From: Lingula anatina | Lineage: Eukaryota > Animalia > Brachiopoda | Direction: 5' to 3' | Length of the DNA stretch: 64,000 nt | NCBI GenBank assembly: GCA_051362555.1 | Contig: CM120640.1 | Coordinates: forward strand, 55,902,788-55,966,787 | Shown: positions 50,201 to 63,212 of the stretch, one piece after another | How the letters are laid out: every line of letters begins with the position of its first letter | Numbering within the stretch: position 1 is the stretch's first letter | Notes under the pieces: generated by a model | The model's input: only the letters and a program-made list of their open reading frames with translations | Databases searched by the model: none | Told to the model about the DNA's origin: nothing | Made by a program: the position numbers and the translations under genes

Positions 50201-53200
50201 TGGTTTAATTTCCATTCTTAAAACTGTTTGAAACTACAACCGTCAATTTAAACCTAGATAAATCATGCACTGCTACAAGTTCAGACAGACTTTTGCATTG
50301 ATGGAAAGAAGATCACCATTTCATTCAGCTATTTAGTTGAGGTTGAGATAAATGGGTATAAAACAAATAATCAACATTTTTTGTTTGATACCAAATTATT
50401 TTAATTTCTGAATCTTCATTTGTTCTTTATATGAAGATCCGTATATCTTTATAAAACATATACTTATTATTTTTTCACAACACTGCTTCTCTTGTTACAA
50501 TGTATATGAAAATTGTGATGCATTTACCTGAGGATTTCACATCTTCTTTAGGAATGCTTGGTAGTTTTCCTTTGACTAGAGAATCTTGGACTCTAGTAGG
50601 GAGAGTAGAGTTTAGTGGTGGAAGAGCTCTCGATGTTGACAGCGTGGGTAGTGTCCTATTTAAACTAGGAAGTGGACCCTAGGATATAGAAATGTAATAA
50701 ATGTCAGACTGTATCTTTGCAAAGTGAATACCATATATGAACGTATCTAATGTATCTTTGCAAAGTGAATACCATATATGAACGTATCTAATGTAATCAC
50801 TTTAGAAACACCTTATTTTTCTTTATGCCAATCAAACCAAGGTGGTTACCAAGTTGGTTAAGATACTCTTTACTGCCTATAGCCAATCTTATCTGATATT
50901 TCAAATTATTTTCTCAACTATTTTGCCCAGATTACAAACTTCACAAATGTGGACTTTCATTAAGTTAAAAGCATCTTTTACTATAGAAACACTTATTTCA
51001 ATTGTCTAAAATAACTGTAAAAAGAGATTTGTCCACTTTAGCCACTAACATCTTTTAGCCGCCGTCTGTCCCTTGCAGATATACTAGAATTCAAGTCTAA
51101 ATCATCTTTGGTATGAAGGGTGTTGTTTTGTGACTTTTTCAGTGGTTCTTCTATCTCATCTCCTGAATCACTAATATCACCATTCTCCATACGTTTGTGT
51201 GCTATTACCAACATATGACAGCCTCCACATGACACCTACAAACATAGAGCAAAAGACACATGTGAAATGTTATTAACTACATGAATGTCAAAGCTTACTT
51301 TATAAATTCATCTGTCATGATATATGTAACATTTACCTTTATCCTCAATTATCTTTGGACATTTGGATTGATAATGAGAATGAAACCCCTTACCTGATCA
51401 ACTATAAACTTTGCAAAACGAGTAACTTTTGAAGGCTGAAAAGCATTTGAAAAATTTTCTTCTCCTAGAGCTAGCTTCCCATGTCTGCCATCACCAAATG
51501 TAAACATGCTTCCCTTCTCTGAAATTGAACCAAATATGTATTGCATTTCAGGAGCTGGTATCAAGTTGTTTGTATATTGTAAATTCAATCTCTGATATCA
51601 TTGACTGACAACATATGCACACGGGCATGCACACACAATAACACACAATGCATGCCCTCTAAATTCAGCAAGAAAGCACACAACAAAATGGAAATACGAA
51701 ATGCAGAATGCTTCTTTTCAGGTTCTTTGTATTACCACAAACAATTGATGTGTAAAATGATATTATTACATTCAAGTTAGCATTAATCAAATGCCAGCAA
51801 CAGAATTAAATAATCTTAATTTAATTTTTAACTATGATCAAGGAAAATATGAAGTGTTTGTTTTTTATGTCAACATTTCATACCTGATATCATTGCTGTG
51901 TGATTTTCTCCACAGGATACAGTTTTTATTTTGACATTTTTTAATTTTGTGACCAACTTTGGTTCAGAACATTGCAGTATTGTGGTTCCATGGCCTAACT
52001 GGCCATTGCTACCCTCCCCAAAACTATATACTTTGCCAGATCCTGAAAGAAGCAAAGCAATAAACTGTGAAGTAAATATGATGTAACTAATGTCAAAAAC
52101 TTAGTTTCTTGAAATAGAGCTCATATCAGGTGGTCATATCCTAGCCACACTTGTAGATCTGCTCAATATACAACATAGAGAAAAATATTTTTGTTGCTTT
52201 CAAAGTAATTTTAGCTTCTGTACTCATTTGTTGTTATCAATTGGCTTTCATTTCATGTTATTTTTTACACAACAATCAACAGTTCAGATGTAAACATTTT
52301 GAAGACTGACTAAGCAAATAATTACTTACCTTTGTTGGGGGATTACAATAAAAAAACTTTTTATCTTTCCCATTAAAGTGAAAATGAAAATTATCAAGAA
52401 TTAATACAAAAAGCACAACATTGGCAGCTTGTGCAATATCAAAGACTAATTACCAGTGACAGCTACAGTATGTGCTCCTCCACAGTCTACCCAGACAACC
52501 CTCTCATCTATTCCTGTCACCAACTGCGGAGTATCATGTTCTTCAACATCTTCACCAAGACCAAGCTGGCCACGATCACTTTCTCCAAATGTATAAAGTT
52601 TTCCATCACCTGAAAGATTACCCATAAATATTTAGTCTTTACACCCTGAGTTTCAGTCCTTGCAGTGAGGAGATCCTTAGTGTAAGCTAGTATAGATGCG
52701 AGTCCCTTAGGCTCTTAAATTAAGGATAATCTAAAAGGCCTTTATCTGAACTTCGTATTCTATAAATGTCTGTAACAAGTTCTGAGGTGCTTTGCAAATT
52801 ATTCTTATGAATATGAAAATTAAATGAGATGTGATGACAAAATGTTAGCAATGTAATATTTCAGACCTTTCAAACTTAATGCAACTGAATGTCAAGCCAA
52901 TGAACATTAAATTTTGACTCCAATACAAAGGTTTTCTACGCAAATATGTGAGAATATTAGGAAATGTGAAACCATATCAATAATTTCTTGCATTTTTTCC
53001 CCAAAGAAACAAGAAGGGACCTAATAGAGGTAAGCCTAAGCATACAGTGCTGTCAGTTATCACAGAATTTATGTCTTCTCCAACCCAGTGTACCACAAAC
53101 TTTCATAGTCCCAATCACAACAAGAAAGAAGGCAATAAAGAATATCAATTGTTCGAGATTTGGTCAAACAAGGCTGCCAAACCTCTCTTTTACCAGTAGC

Positions 53201-56200
53201 AAAGTTATGTTCCCAATTGTGTGTAGCTGCTTTCCTTTTGTTCTTTAAAAAGTGATGCAAGACTTAATGTAATTAAAGTGAAAAGTATATATGGCTAACC
53301 CAGGTATTAAAATGAAAGCTTAATAAATAATAGTAAATGGGGAAATATGTAATTTTGTGTACTAAAAAACTTACTTGTTACCAGTGCTGTGTGATAGTAT
53401 CCACAAGCTACACAGCTGACATTCTTGTTAAAGGGTATTTTGACTGGCTTTGCACACTCATCCAAGTCCCCTAGACCTAGCTGGCCTTCACTTCCTCCTC
53501 CCCACACATACACCTCACCATTTTCTTAAAATGATAAATGTATTCAAACACTGAATACACAGGTATGAACTTAGTATTCATCTAATAAAATTTAGATAGA
53601 AAATAAAAAATATTTGTCACTAAGGCAGGTGCAAGTCCAGGTTGGCATATAACTTGTATAATTTTCATTCAGTTTTGAAATTAAAAAAGTATGTATTTAC
53701 AAATGACATATATTCTGTAACTATGTACTTGTAAGAAAACTCTGTGTGAAATGACATGCATCTCCAAAAATGTAATATATTATTTTTATTGCATGTTTTA
53801 AACATTAAAAACCCAGATTAATGAAGGACACAACATACCAGTAAGAACAGCAGTGTGGTCAGTCCCTGCGGACATCATTTTGATTTGATGGTCAGGAAAT
53901 GCATCAATTGGTGTAGGGTTTAAGCTTCCCTGGAGACCTTCTATACCTAATTGCCCTTCACTGTTAGCACCAAAAGCATATAATTTATTCTCCTCTGAAA
54001 GTGGAAAATTTAATTAGTCTTTTGTGATCAATGAAAAATATCTACAAATTGAATATATTAAATTATTTATGTAGATCTAATTGAAAACAAAGGTATGAAA
54101 AAAGTTGTTAAAATGTCAAATATTCAAATAAACACTTACTAGTATAATAAATTTATCATTCAACATAAAACATATCAGGAGATTTGATTTCTGAGTGGTA
54201 AGGCAAAATTATTTACAATATTATTTTGTTTATGACTGATGACCTGAGAGGTGACTTGTCCACTGAGGTACACAGATATAACACACACACACACACCTCA
54301 TTAGCTCAACCATTAGACTGATCAATTGGATGTAATCCCTGAGACACAGACTAAAACTGCTTTGAATCTAGATCACCATGATAACTTTGATCCTGCAGTC
54401 AACAGACTATTGTGTTGCAGCCTCAAACAGATTCCCCCAATGCAGCTTAAGTTCTCCCTGCAGAACTACTGAAAACATCTTTTATCTAATTATGTGATTT
54501 AGAGGCCTTCTTCTTCTTATTTTTCAACTCTCAAGTTACTTTGTTTTTAAAAGAAGAGTCATCTGGTCTTACCGGGCTGTGTGTCTACTGCTGTAATTCT
54601 TAGCAATATTGCCATCAATTTCCTTTTATTAAAAATATATATTAATATCATATCACTTTTGATGTTTCAAATATTTTGTTGTTTTGCTCTGAGAAAAACT
54701 ATCTTTGGTTGTTCTTTTCACATGTAAAAACATGTTCTTTTAGTTTAAAAAACATCTTTGTCTGCCATTAGGATATGTTTAAAGATATAGTTGCAATAAT
54801 TGCCAGGACACTATATTGTTCATTTCAAACTAATCAACTATCAGTCAAGTATTTGGTCCTTTGGTGATGTCGTTTAGATCCCAACCTTCTCAAAGCTTTA
54901 TCAGAACACACATTATAAATATTCGTCACTTAATTGTACAATAATTAATCAGAGCTAGAAGTACTTCTGTTTATTACCTGTAGCAACTATAGTGTGAGAT
55001 CTCCCACATACCACAGACTTCACCTTTTCTCCTTTAAGAGCTGAAAGAATGGAGTTGAGATGTAATATACTGCACAAAAATATTTTTAAAATAAAATATC
55101 TGATTTGTATATAAACATTAAAGGCCACAATTTCACTGATTTCAAAATTTAACACAAGATAAGCAGACACTTAAAAAGAGCTTTCATGCAACATTACATG
55201 TTTGATAATCTCAATACAAAACCATTGGATAATCTCAAAGAGACATTTTAAATGCATTTTTGTTATACTATGAGCTTCAACTTTCAAATTGAAATATCTG
55301 CATCTAGATATTACCAGTATAGATGCAGAAGGTGTACTTGACTGGTAAATAAACATTTGCCAAGAAAGAACAAAGCCATATGCTAGTAAACAAAATGATA
55401 TATACATAAACATTAACCACAATCTAGTCAGTATAGACCAAAAATTTCAGTGAAAAGCCTGATATCCTTAAGGAACTTGTAACAAGCTTAACAGTTAAAG
55501 CCAAACATGTTAGGCCCATCCAAATCAGACTGAAGCATTCCCCATCAAAGAGGGGAAGCACTTTTAAAATTGTTATAAAATTTCAAATGAAATTTACTAT
55601 ATGTTATTATTTATACATCTATTACATATCAAAGAAAAAAGCAGTTCATAGTTTTCATGTTGATTTCTAAAACATGAAATTCTAATAAATCAATAAATAA
55701 TAATAATATAAAATAAAAAACCTACATTTTATACAGCTTGGCTTTGTAGCTGATTTTGTATTGCCCAGTCCCAGCTGACCCCAGTCATTGGAACCAAATG
55801 TAAATATGCGTCCACTTTCTGAAATCAAATAAAAACTCAAAGTAATACAATGGGCATTTGATGAAATTATTGTAGATGATTTTCAGTGAATTTACAGACA
55901 GTATAGACGCATCCTTTTCTTTCATTTTTCTTTTTTTAGAAATGGAACTGGCCACTGAAATAGCTAAAATTGAAATTCCATATTCAGTACGAAAAAAAAA
56001 ACATCAATACCATACATCTATTGTTTCCTGTAACTAGTGTAAATCATTTTTGTCCAATATCACATTATATCTAAGGTATTGCTTTTCAAAGCATAACATT
56101 ATACAATGCAGCAGACATCCATATTTGATGCATTCCACTGTTATCAACACTCCTCAAAGTTCCAAGAAGCAATTTTAGGCTATAATTTTGTATTTAAGTG

Positions 56201-57393
56201 TAATTTCATTTGGTGATTTAAAATAGTTCAAAACTGTTTTATTTATTGAAATTAACAAAATGAAAACAGTTTCAACTTTTGTTGGGGACCATCAGAAAAA
56301 GGTGAAAGGTTTTGACATAAATTTAGTTCTATTTGTACAAATTATTGGTTGATACATGTAGCATTATATTACAGTTCTCAAAAGTTAATTTAGATTTACC
56401 ATTTATTATGATATTCACACAGTAAATATTATGTAAAAAATGTTAAAAACCTCATAATGTTGGCATCCTTGTAGATATCCAGCTACTAACCTGCAACAAG
56501 TGCTGTGTGTTCATCACCACATGCAACCACAACAACTTTGTCATTCCTTATCCAGAACTTGCTAGGTACATTGTCTGCAAATTTGCTCTTGCCAAATGTG
56601 AATACGCCTCCAGTTTCTATATAACAAAAATATGAGAAAAACATGTTACAAATTATAATTGGAAAATGGGTCATTCCATAGCAGTACCCTCCATATGGAA
56701 GGAAATAATGAAAAGAAAGACAAGGTAGTTGCTTATAGCAAGAATGAAATGGGATTGTGAAGATAAAAGCAACAAGCATTCAACGCAATAACAGTCCAAA
56801 AGTTTCTTAAAGGCAACATTGCAGAAACATTTAAAATATAATACTGAGTAGGCAGTAACAGTTCCTGTAGTTCCTAATGTGTGTCATGTTGTCTATCTAT
56901 TGTCATTTCCAAACTATAATCCCAGCAGAGAAGAGGTATACAGATAATGAAAATTACTATTTTATAGAGGTAAGATTTTCTCTACTTCTATGATTAAAAT
57001 TAAGCATCTAGCTAGAATACTATCTCTCTTAGTCCTAAGAAAGTATATGCCCTTAATGGGAAAAGTAAAGTTGTATTTCTTATAATAACCAGTTGTCATT
57101 CAGACTTTGTATAATGATGATCTCTTCTGAACTTACAAAAACCATTAAATCTTGGTTTTGGATTTGACAAGACGATCAAAGTGGCACAACCGAGGGCCGG
57201 TAAAAATAAAATTAACATCATGATTTCAAATTCAAATAGCCCTGCATCTTGAATAAAGACGTGCAGTTAAGTGCTGCTTCAAAATATTAGCAAGGACAAT
57301 AAAAATAAGAACGAATTTTGTTGAATGGGTGAATTGGGCTATACAAGGTAAGATAATCCCACCTGGAATGTCAGAGTCGTCTTCAGTCGCCAT
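46646..57393 (-). CDS. RPGR: Retinitis pigmentosa GTPase regulator (RCC1-like domain, acidic/basic low-complexity tail, CaaX)
   Basis: 20 exons: 57393-57363, 56616-56491, 55818-55726, 55040-54978, 53994-53839, 53524-53375, 52609-52454, 52042-51884, 51518-51394, 51235-51050, 50678-50528, 49742-49603, 49430-49338, 49231-49118, 48960-48847, 48565-48505, 47734-47381, 47118-47036, 46911-46837, 46669-46646. Motifs include [63 protein letters not shown] and SARDRRR. The protein ends SRTCNIL*. Confidence 0.95.
47228..47285. repeat. (TTA)n microsatellite in an RPGR intron
   Basis: About 19 consecutive TTA units. Confidence 0.95.
49845..50219. mobile_element. Degenerate MITE with ~75-bp imperfect TIRs in an RPGR intron
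   Basis: The left end AATGGAACTTAAATCACATGCTGGACACTA...TGAGCTCAGATGTTTC matches the reverse complement of the right end GAAATATCTGAGCTCA...TAGTGTCCAGTATTTGGTTTAATTTCCATT. Confidence 0.65.
50710..50795. repeat. Perfect 41-bp tandem duplication
   Basis: TGTATCTTTGCAAAGTGAATACCATATATGAACGTATCTAA occurs twice in tandem. Confidence 0.95.
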
Positions 57394-57874
57394 ACTGGTA
57401 TCCTAAACAACCTGCCAGGTGCCCGTATATCTCGCAATATCACGTTACTATTTATAGTAACGAGAACACGTGCTGATGTTTACTTCATGGTGAAGAAACG
57501 AAAGTTTCAAAGATTAAAGCCATGATTGTCAAAATTATGAAAATCGCCTCACGCTTTTGTGGTAAATTGCATTTCAGTTATATAAAAAAGTATACAAAAC
57601 CATGAATGCAAGTTTTAAACTATAGAGTCTTCACGTTTTTAAAAGCCTTATGATTAGCACGTATGCCTAGTTCTGCAGTTATTAATAATAATATTAATAA
57701 TAGGCTTATATGCATTATTTTACGCACCACTGGTATTTCTCAGCCAATTGCCATATATCTTCAACGAAAGATATAATACTTAAATACAGTGTGTTTGACA
57801 CGATGTCTTTGTTGCACCGTGGAACTAGTCATTGTGCTACGCCGGTAGGTCAAGGCCACCCGAATGATGAAATC
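57394..57874. promoter_or_regulatory. Bidirectional promoter RPGR/OTC with RFX X-box-like and forkhead-like sites
   Basis: About 480 bp between the ATGs, CpG-containing. Contains GTATCCTAAACAAC (57398-57411), TCTCGCAATA (57430-57439), the palindrome GTTACTA-TTTA-TAGTAAC (57444-57461) and TGTTTAC (57477-57483). Confidence 0.7.
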
Positions 57875-60800
57875 ATGTCGATAATGCAAGGCGGCAAGCT
57901 GTGTTTGCTTCAAGTTGGGAAATGCTTTTCACTTGCTTCAAACACTGTCATCAAAAGATGCGCAAGTACCGGGTGCGTATTTTTCTTTGTACGATTCACC
58001 CCCTTTTTTGTTTTAGATTAATATAAAAATTGAGTAAATTATCCCTTGCATAGTTTCAAGTGCGCCGTCTGGAAATTCTATCACGTACTAGTAGGTGTAC
58101 CTCATTCGAAAGTAAGATGATGCAACATGTAAAACTGTTTTTAACTTAGATAAAAGTAAAAACGTTGTGTAATTGAGACGTTGTGCACTTAGTACGTAGT
58201 GTACTTACACGCGCTAACTACTTACGCATTGCTGTCTACTGTAGTATAAGATTTTAATTCTGCTGCGATGTTACGGTACGTATACTTGAATCACACTTCA
58301 ATGTTTCTGTTATTGTTAGCGGCTACTTTTAGAATTATTATTATATTTTGGCTGTCACTAAATACCGAAATACCTCCTTGAAATTATTTTAAACATCAAA
58401 ATAACTTGATTTTTATTATTCTGCACCCCAAATTCAGTGTCACTAAACATGCACCCAAATACCACGGAATACTACAAAATACTACCAGAATACCATGAAA
58501 TATCGCCTTAAGATTGAAAACATCTAAATAACTTTTTGAATTCTGTACTCCAAATCACATTTTTATGTACAGACACAGATGTGTCTGTACATATTGCCAT
58601 CACCTGCGTCTGTCGTCGCCGATGGCGATGGCGATGGCGATGGCGATGCCGATGCCGGCGCCGTGCACTTTCCTTGTAAACACGATAAGTGGAGGGCAGT
58701 TTTACTTTTTGGCTTTATATTTACAGAGCTGATGAATATTCATAAAACGCAGGTCAAGTTCGAAAATCAGTATGATCGGGCCATTATTGTAGAAGTTATG
58801 CTGTTTTTTCACTTTTCAGCATATTTTTCACATTTCCTCAGATTCAATTCTTAGGCATGTTAACAGTCTCATTATTAAACTAATAAGATACATAAAAGTG
58901 TTTGTTTGACATTTCCTGCATCTTTACAACATTGTTAGTTGATTTTGTAAAAAAGATGGTAAACTTGTTATCATGAATTGTGTAATAAAGTTTCAAAAAT
59001 AGAAAAAAACTCATATCATTGCAGTTTGTCAGATTCAATCATTCACTATGTTCAGAATCTCAGAATGGAAGAAATTGGACATTTAACACTGCTCTGTTGA
59101 TATTTTTCCCATCTCATCAATTTTCTTAGTTGATCATATAAAAATGGCAGTAAACTGTTAATTTTGTTTTATGTTAAAAATTGTTAAAAATGGAAAAAAA
59201 AAACATTTCAGAACAGTGCTGTCTTGTTTACATTTTGGCATTTTCAAGTTGTGACTTTGAAGTTCCATGGGCCTGAAGACCTTTGCTAGTCACATTTTCT
59301 GAACATCCATGATACTAATATTTTATTATTAAAAATTGATGGTCATTATGCTGTTAAACATTATGTAATATTGCATCAAAATTTGAAAAAAACCTATTTT
59401 GGGCACTGTTCCCATGATGACCATTTAAGAAAAACCATGTCAATTACTGTTCTTAAACAGTACAGTAAATATATATAGATGTGTCTGTACATATTGACAT
59501 CACCTGTGTCTGTCGTCGCCGTCATCGCCGTCGCCGTGGAAGGCAGTTTTACTTTTGGGCTTTATATTTACAGAGCTGATGAATATTCATAAAACACAGG
59601 TCAAGTTCAAAAATCAGCATGATCGGGCCTTTATTGTAGAAGTTATGCTTTTTTTTTTTTCACTTTTCAGCATATATGCAACACTGTAAGCACATTTCAA
59701 GAAAAACCGATAGGCTTGTTGTCATGAAACTCACAGGAGTAATTGATCTTACTAAAACGCAAGTCAAGTTCGAAATCGGCATGCAGCCTGAGTTGGAAAA
59801 GCAGTCTAATTGGCTTCTTTTTCTGGAAGTTATACACGTTCAAAGTGTGAACTTGAACTTCCATGGGCCTGAAGCCTTATGCTTGTTACACATTTTACTT
59901 ACATTGGTATTACCTGTTGAGCATAATTAAAATTTGATGTTAAATTTGCAGTTTAACATAATGTACTTTTGCATCAGAATTGACATTAGCCTATTTTGTG
60001 CATAGTTATTTCCTGCTTTTTGTCTGTACATTTGACAGCTTTGCTGCCTTGTTCTTGTACTGAGCACAATGTTTTTCTGCTCGTCAACATCGTAAGTTAT
60101 GGTGTAGAATAAAAACAAAGTTATTTTGTTGTTTAAAATAATCTTAAGGCTCACTTCTGTTGAGGCTGCAAAAATGTTTCTCTTCTACTGATTTCGCTCG
60201 ACAGAGAAACAGCATGTTGAGTTCAAGACAAATGTATATTTGGGGTGCAGAATCCAAAAAAGTTATTTTGATGTTTAAAATAACCTTAAAGACTTACTGT
60301 GTTCTAAAAAACACATTATGTTAACTGATTCATTATCAATTTAAATTCTATAATATTTAAGTGAGAAAAAGGGGAGCTTATATGAGAAAATTCTGATTGG
60401 TCAGTTTCTAGTGATGTCATGTGCATTAGATCTAGGGACTGCTCTGAGCATGTGTTGTGATGATAACACATTGACATCTGACCAAAAATCCAGGTGTCAT
60501 AAAAACAACATGCCTCAAACATGTAGTACCCAGGTGCCATATCAAGGATACAATAAAAAGACATCAGCTATTTTGTTATACCTTTGGAGATAGCCTAAAA
60601 AGCATTGAATTTGGGTTACTTGTGTTACTTTCTCTGACTTGTAAGTAAAAAGTAAGCACGTACAGGTTGATTGACAGGTCCAGCATGTGTGAAAAACTAT
60701 GTCAGTTCCTCTACTACCAAACAATTACTGTAAACATAGAACTGTGGTGTTTGTTTTTGTTTGTTTATAAATGATATCCATGTTCAGGATTTTTTTTTTG

Positions 60801-63212
60801 TGAAAACACTAGTTGAAAGAATGGAGTTGAAGTAACCGCATGGGAAACAAAATCAACCTGAATGGCTTCACATGCTTCGACAGTGTTTATGTCACTCTAT
60901 AGCCTACTTCCTCACAGTGGCACCATGCTGGTGTATCTTAAACTAGATTCACACCTGTGTAAAATCTGCGTAAAAACTAATAAAATGTAATCACTTTTTT
61001 TTTAATTGACCAAAAATGACTTTTGGTCACATGAATGATAGTTATAACCTTTTTTTTTTTAACACTATTCCTTTAACTTTTAAGGTCGTATTTTCTGGTA
61101 TTTTGGTATTCAGTGACTGGGTTACATATTACATGTTTTTGGTTCAGTTTGTCTGTTTGACTGTCTGGCATCATATAAAAAGTTGTGGACAGATTTTGAT
61201 GAATTTTTTAGAAACTGGGGATTGAGCAGCAAACATTTATATGTTGGTAGTGATCCACATATGAGTTTTTTGGTTAATGATTAAATCTGTTGACTGTAAG
61301 CAACGTTATACAAAAAGTTTTGGAATGATTTTTTTAAAAAATTCAGGTTTGGCCAAAAATGAACTAGATGTTGGTGGTGATCAATTGAATATTTAGTAAT
61401 TGATAATGGGGAATGGAGTTAATTTATTAATTTTAATTTATTATTTTTAATTATCTCACAATAAAGCAAAAAAAAAAAAAAAAAAAAGAATAGTGGGTAG
61501 AAAAAATTACAAGATCAATAATAACAAATACATTGTTTGTAGGTAGACCTGAATAAATAGATAAATAAAAAATGAAAGGAAAAGGATGGCAACTGCTGTA
61601 TTTATATTTGATCCATTCACAGTGTTCGAGAGTTGTGCTAGTACTTGCAACTTTGATCTTTCAGTGGTACAGATTTGATTGGCAGACATTTTTTGACCCT
61701 AAAGGATTATAACCAAAGTGAAATAGAGCATTTGCTTTGGACAGCATCAGATTTAAAAACAAGATATAAGGAAAACAAAGAGGTAAGTAAAGCATTTTAT
61801 TTAGAAGTTAAAATCTAAAATGATTATTAAAAGTTCATTATAAGTTAGTTACAAAGTTAATTTTGATTTTTTTTTCAACTTTTTAGGTGTTCCAGCCTCT
61901 CATTGGCAAATCGATTGCAATGATATTTCAGAAACGAAGTACAAGAACTAGGCTTTCAACAGAAACTGGTAATTTTATTTAACATATGTAGCATCAGTTG
62001 AATTTAACTTGAACACACCCAGCCTCCCAATGTTCAGAAATTCACCATAAGACTGGGATATGGACTTTTTCTCACAGTTTCATGGAAGAAGATAAAAACC
62101 TGCATTTTCTGTAGCTTCACTAAGTGGAAGCTCGTTATTAATCAGTCACACACTGTTCTCCTTAAGCATAGATGATTTAGGTAATGTATGTGAATGATTG
62201 GACCATTTTTACCCACACAGTTCACTCTTTTGTTCAACTTATTGAAGTCATTTAACATCTTATTTTTAGGTATGAGTTTACTTGGTGGACATGCAGTTTT
62301 CCTTGGTCCTGATGACATTCATCTTGGAGTCAATGAATCACTGCAAGACAGTGCAAAGTAATAAGATATACAGACATAAGTAAATAGGAAACTTGCATAT
62401 TCTAGACTCATTTCAGCAAAATGTATATATTTTTTGGCCAAAACTAAGTAAAATGTCAACCAAACAGTATCTATTTACAAAAGCAATAAAATAAAATCCC
62501 ATATATAATAGTGAAAATTGATTATTCTGTGGTAATTGGCAAAAAATGGTATGTCATATCTAATTCCAAGCAGCCTTAAAGGTTAAGTAATTAGAATAAT
62601 ATTTATGCATGTAGAAGTAAAGTTTATGCAAATATTACAGAAGTGTACAAGGATTATTGAAATTGGGCCAAATTGTTCCTCATGAAATGGATTTTTCTTG
62701 TCCTTTTGATGCTTTGACCAAATGCCAAGTGTCAACTCGTCTCCATTCATTCAGTTCAAAGGTCATTATAACTTATTTTGAAATTTTTGGTTGAATTCAA
62801 AATTAAGAGTGACCTAGGGTGGACCAAATTTCAAAATAGACACACCTTGTTTCAGCACATTTCAGTCTATTTGTATTGTTCAAATTTTACTCCATCATAA
62901 TTATCTTATTTTAAAGTCATTGGGAGAGGAAATATACAGTAAGCTTGCTTTATTTTCACACAAAAGGTGTGCCCCCTCCCTATGCAATTTTTCTTTTTAA
63001 ATAAAAAAAATCATACTGAAAGGGCATCATTTCATGAACTGCTGTGTACATATTACAGGGTACTAAGCAGAATGACAGATGTTGTCTTAGCCAGAGTCTA
63101 CGGTCAGTCTGACTTGGAGGAACTCAGTAAATATTCCACAGTACCTATTATCAGTGGATTGTCTGACATGTATCATCCCTTACAAATACTGGCAGATTTC
63201 CAGACTCTGCAG
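57875..63212 (+). CDS. OTC: Ornithine carbamoyltransferase, mitochondrial (5' five exons; continues beyond the window)
   Basis: Exons 57875-57972 (basic, acid-free transit-peptide-like sequence; less certain), 61665-61782, 61887-61968, 62270-62357, 63059-63212. Motifs: [11 protein letters not shown], carbamoyl-phosphate-binding [32 protein letters not shown] and [14 protein letters not shown]. Confidence 0.96.
58377..60291. mobile_element. Older foldback-like element interrupted by HINE copy 2
   Basis: The unit TTATTTTAAACATCAAAATAACTT...ATTCTGCACCCCAAAT occurs at about 58377-58436 and 58506-58558. Its reverse complements lie at about 60101-60149 and 60238-60291. Confidence 0.55.
58560..60053 (+). 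mobile_element. HINE/DINE-1-like element, copy 2 (composite), in OTC intron 1
   Basis: Same 5' hairpin, microsatellite position, body and 3' subTIR plus hairpin as 24346-26340. A second partial 5' end restarts at about 59476. Confidence 0.85.

Noticed and set aside
57522-57561. Alternative OTC first coding exon (MIVKIMKIASRFC, GTAAAT donor)
   Set aside because: It ends in phase 1, which is incompatible with the phase-2 acceptor at 61665. The 57875-57972 exon fits both phase and transit-peptide character.
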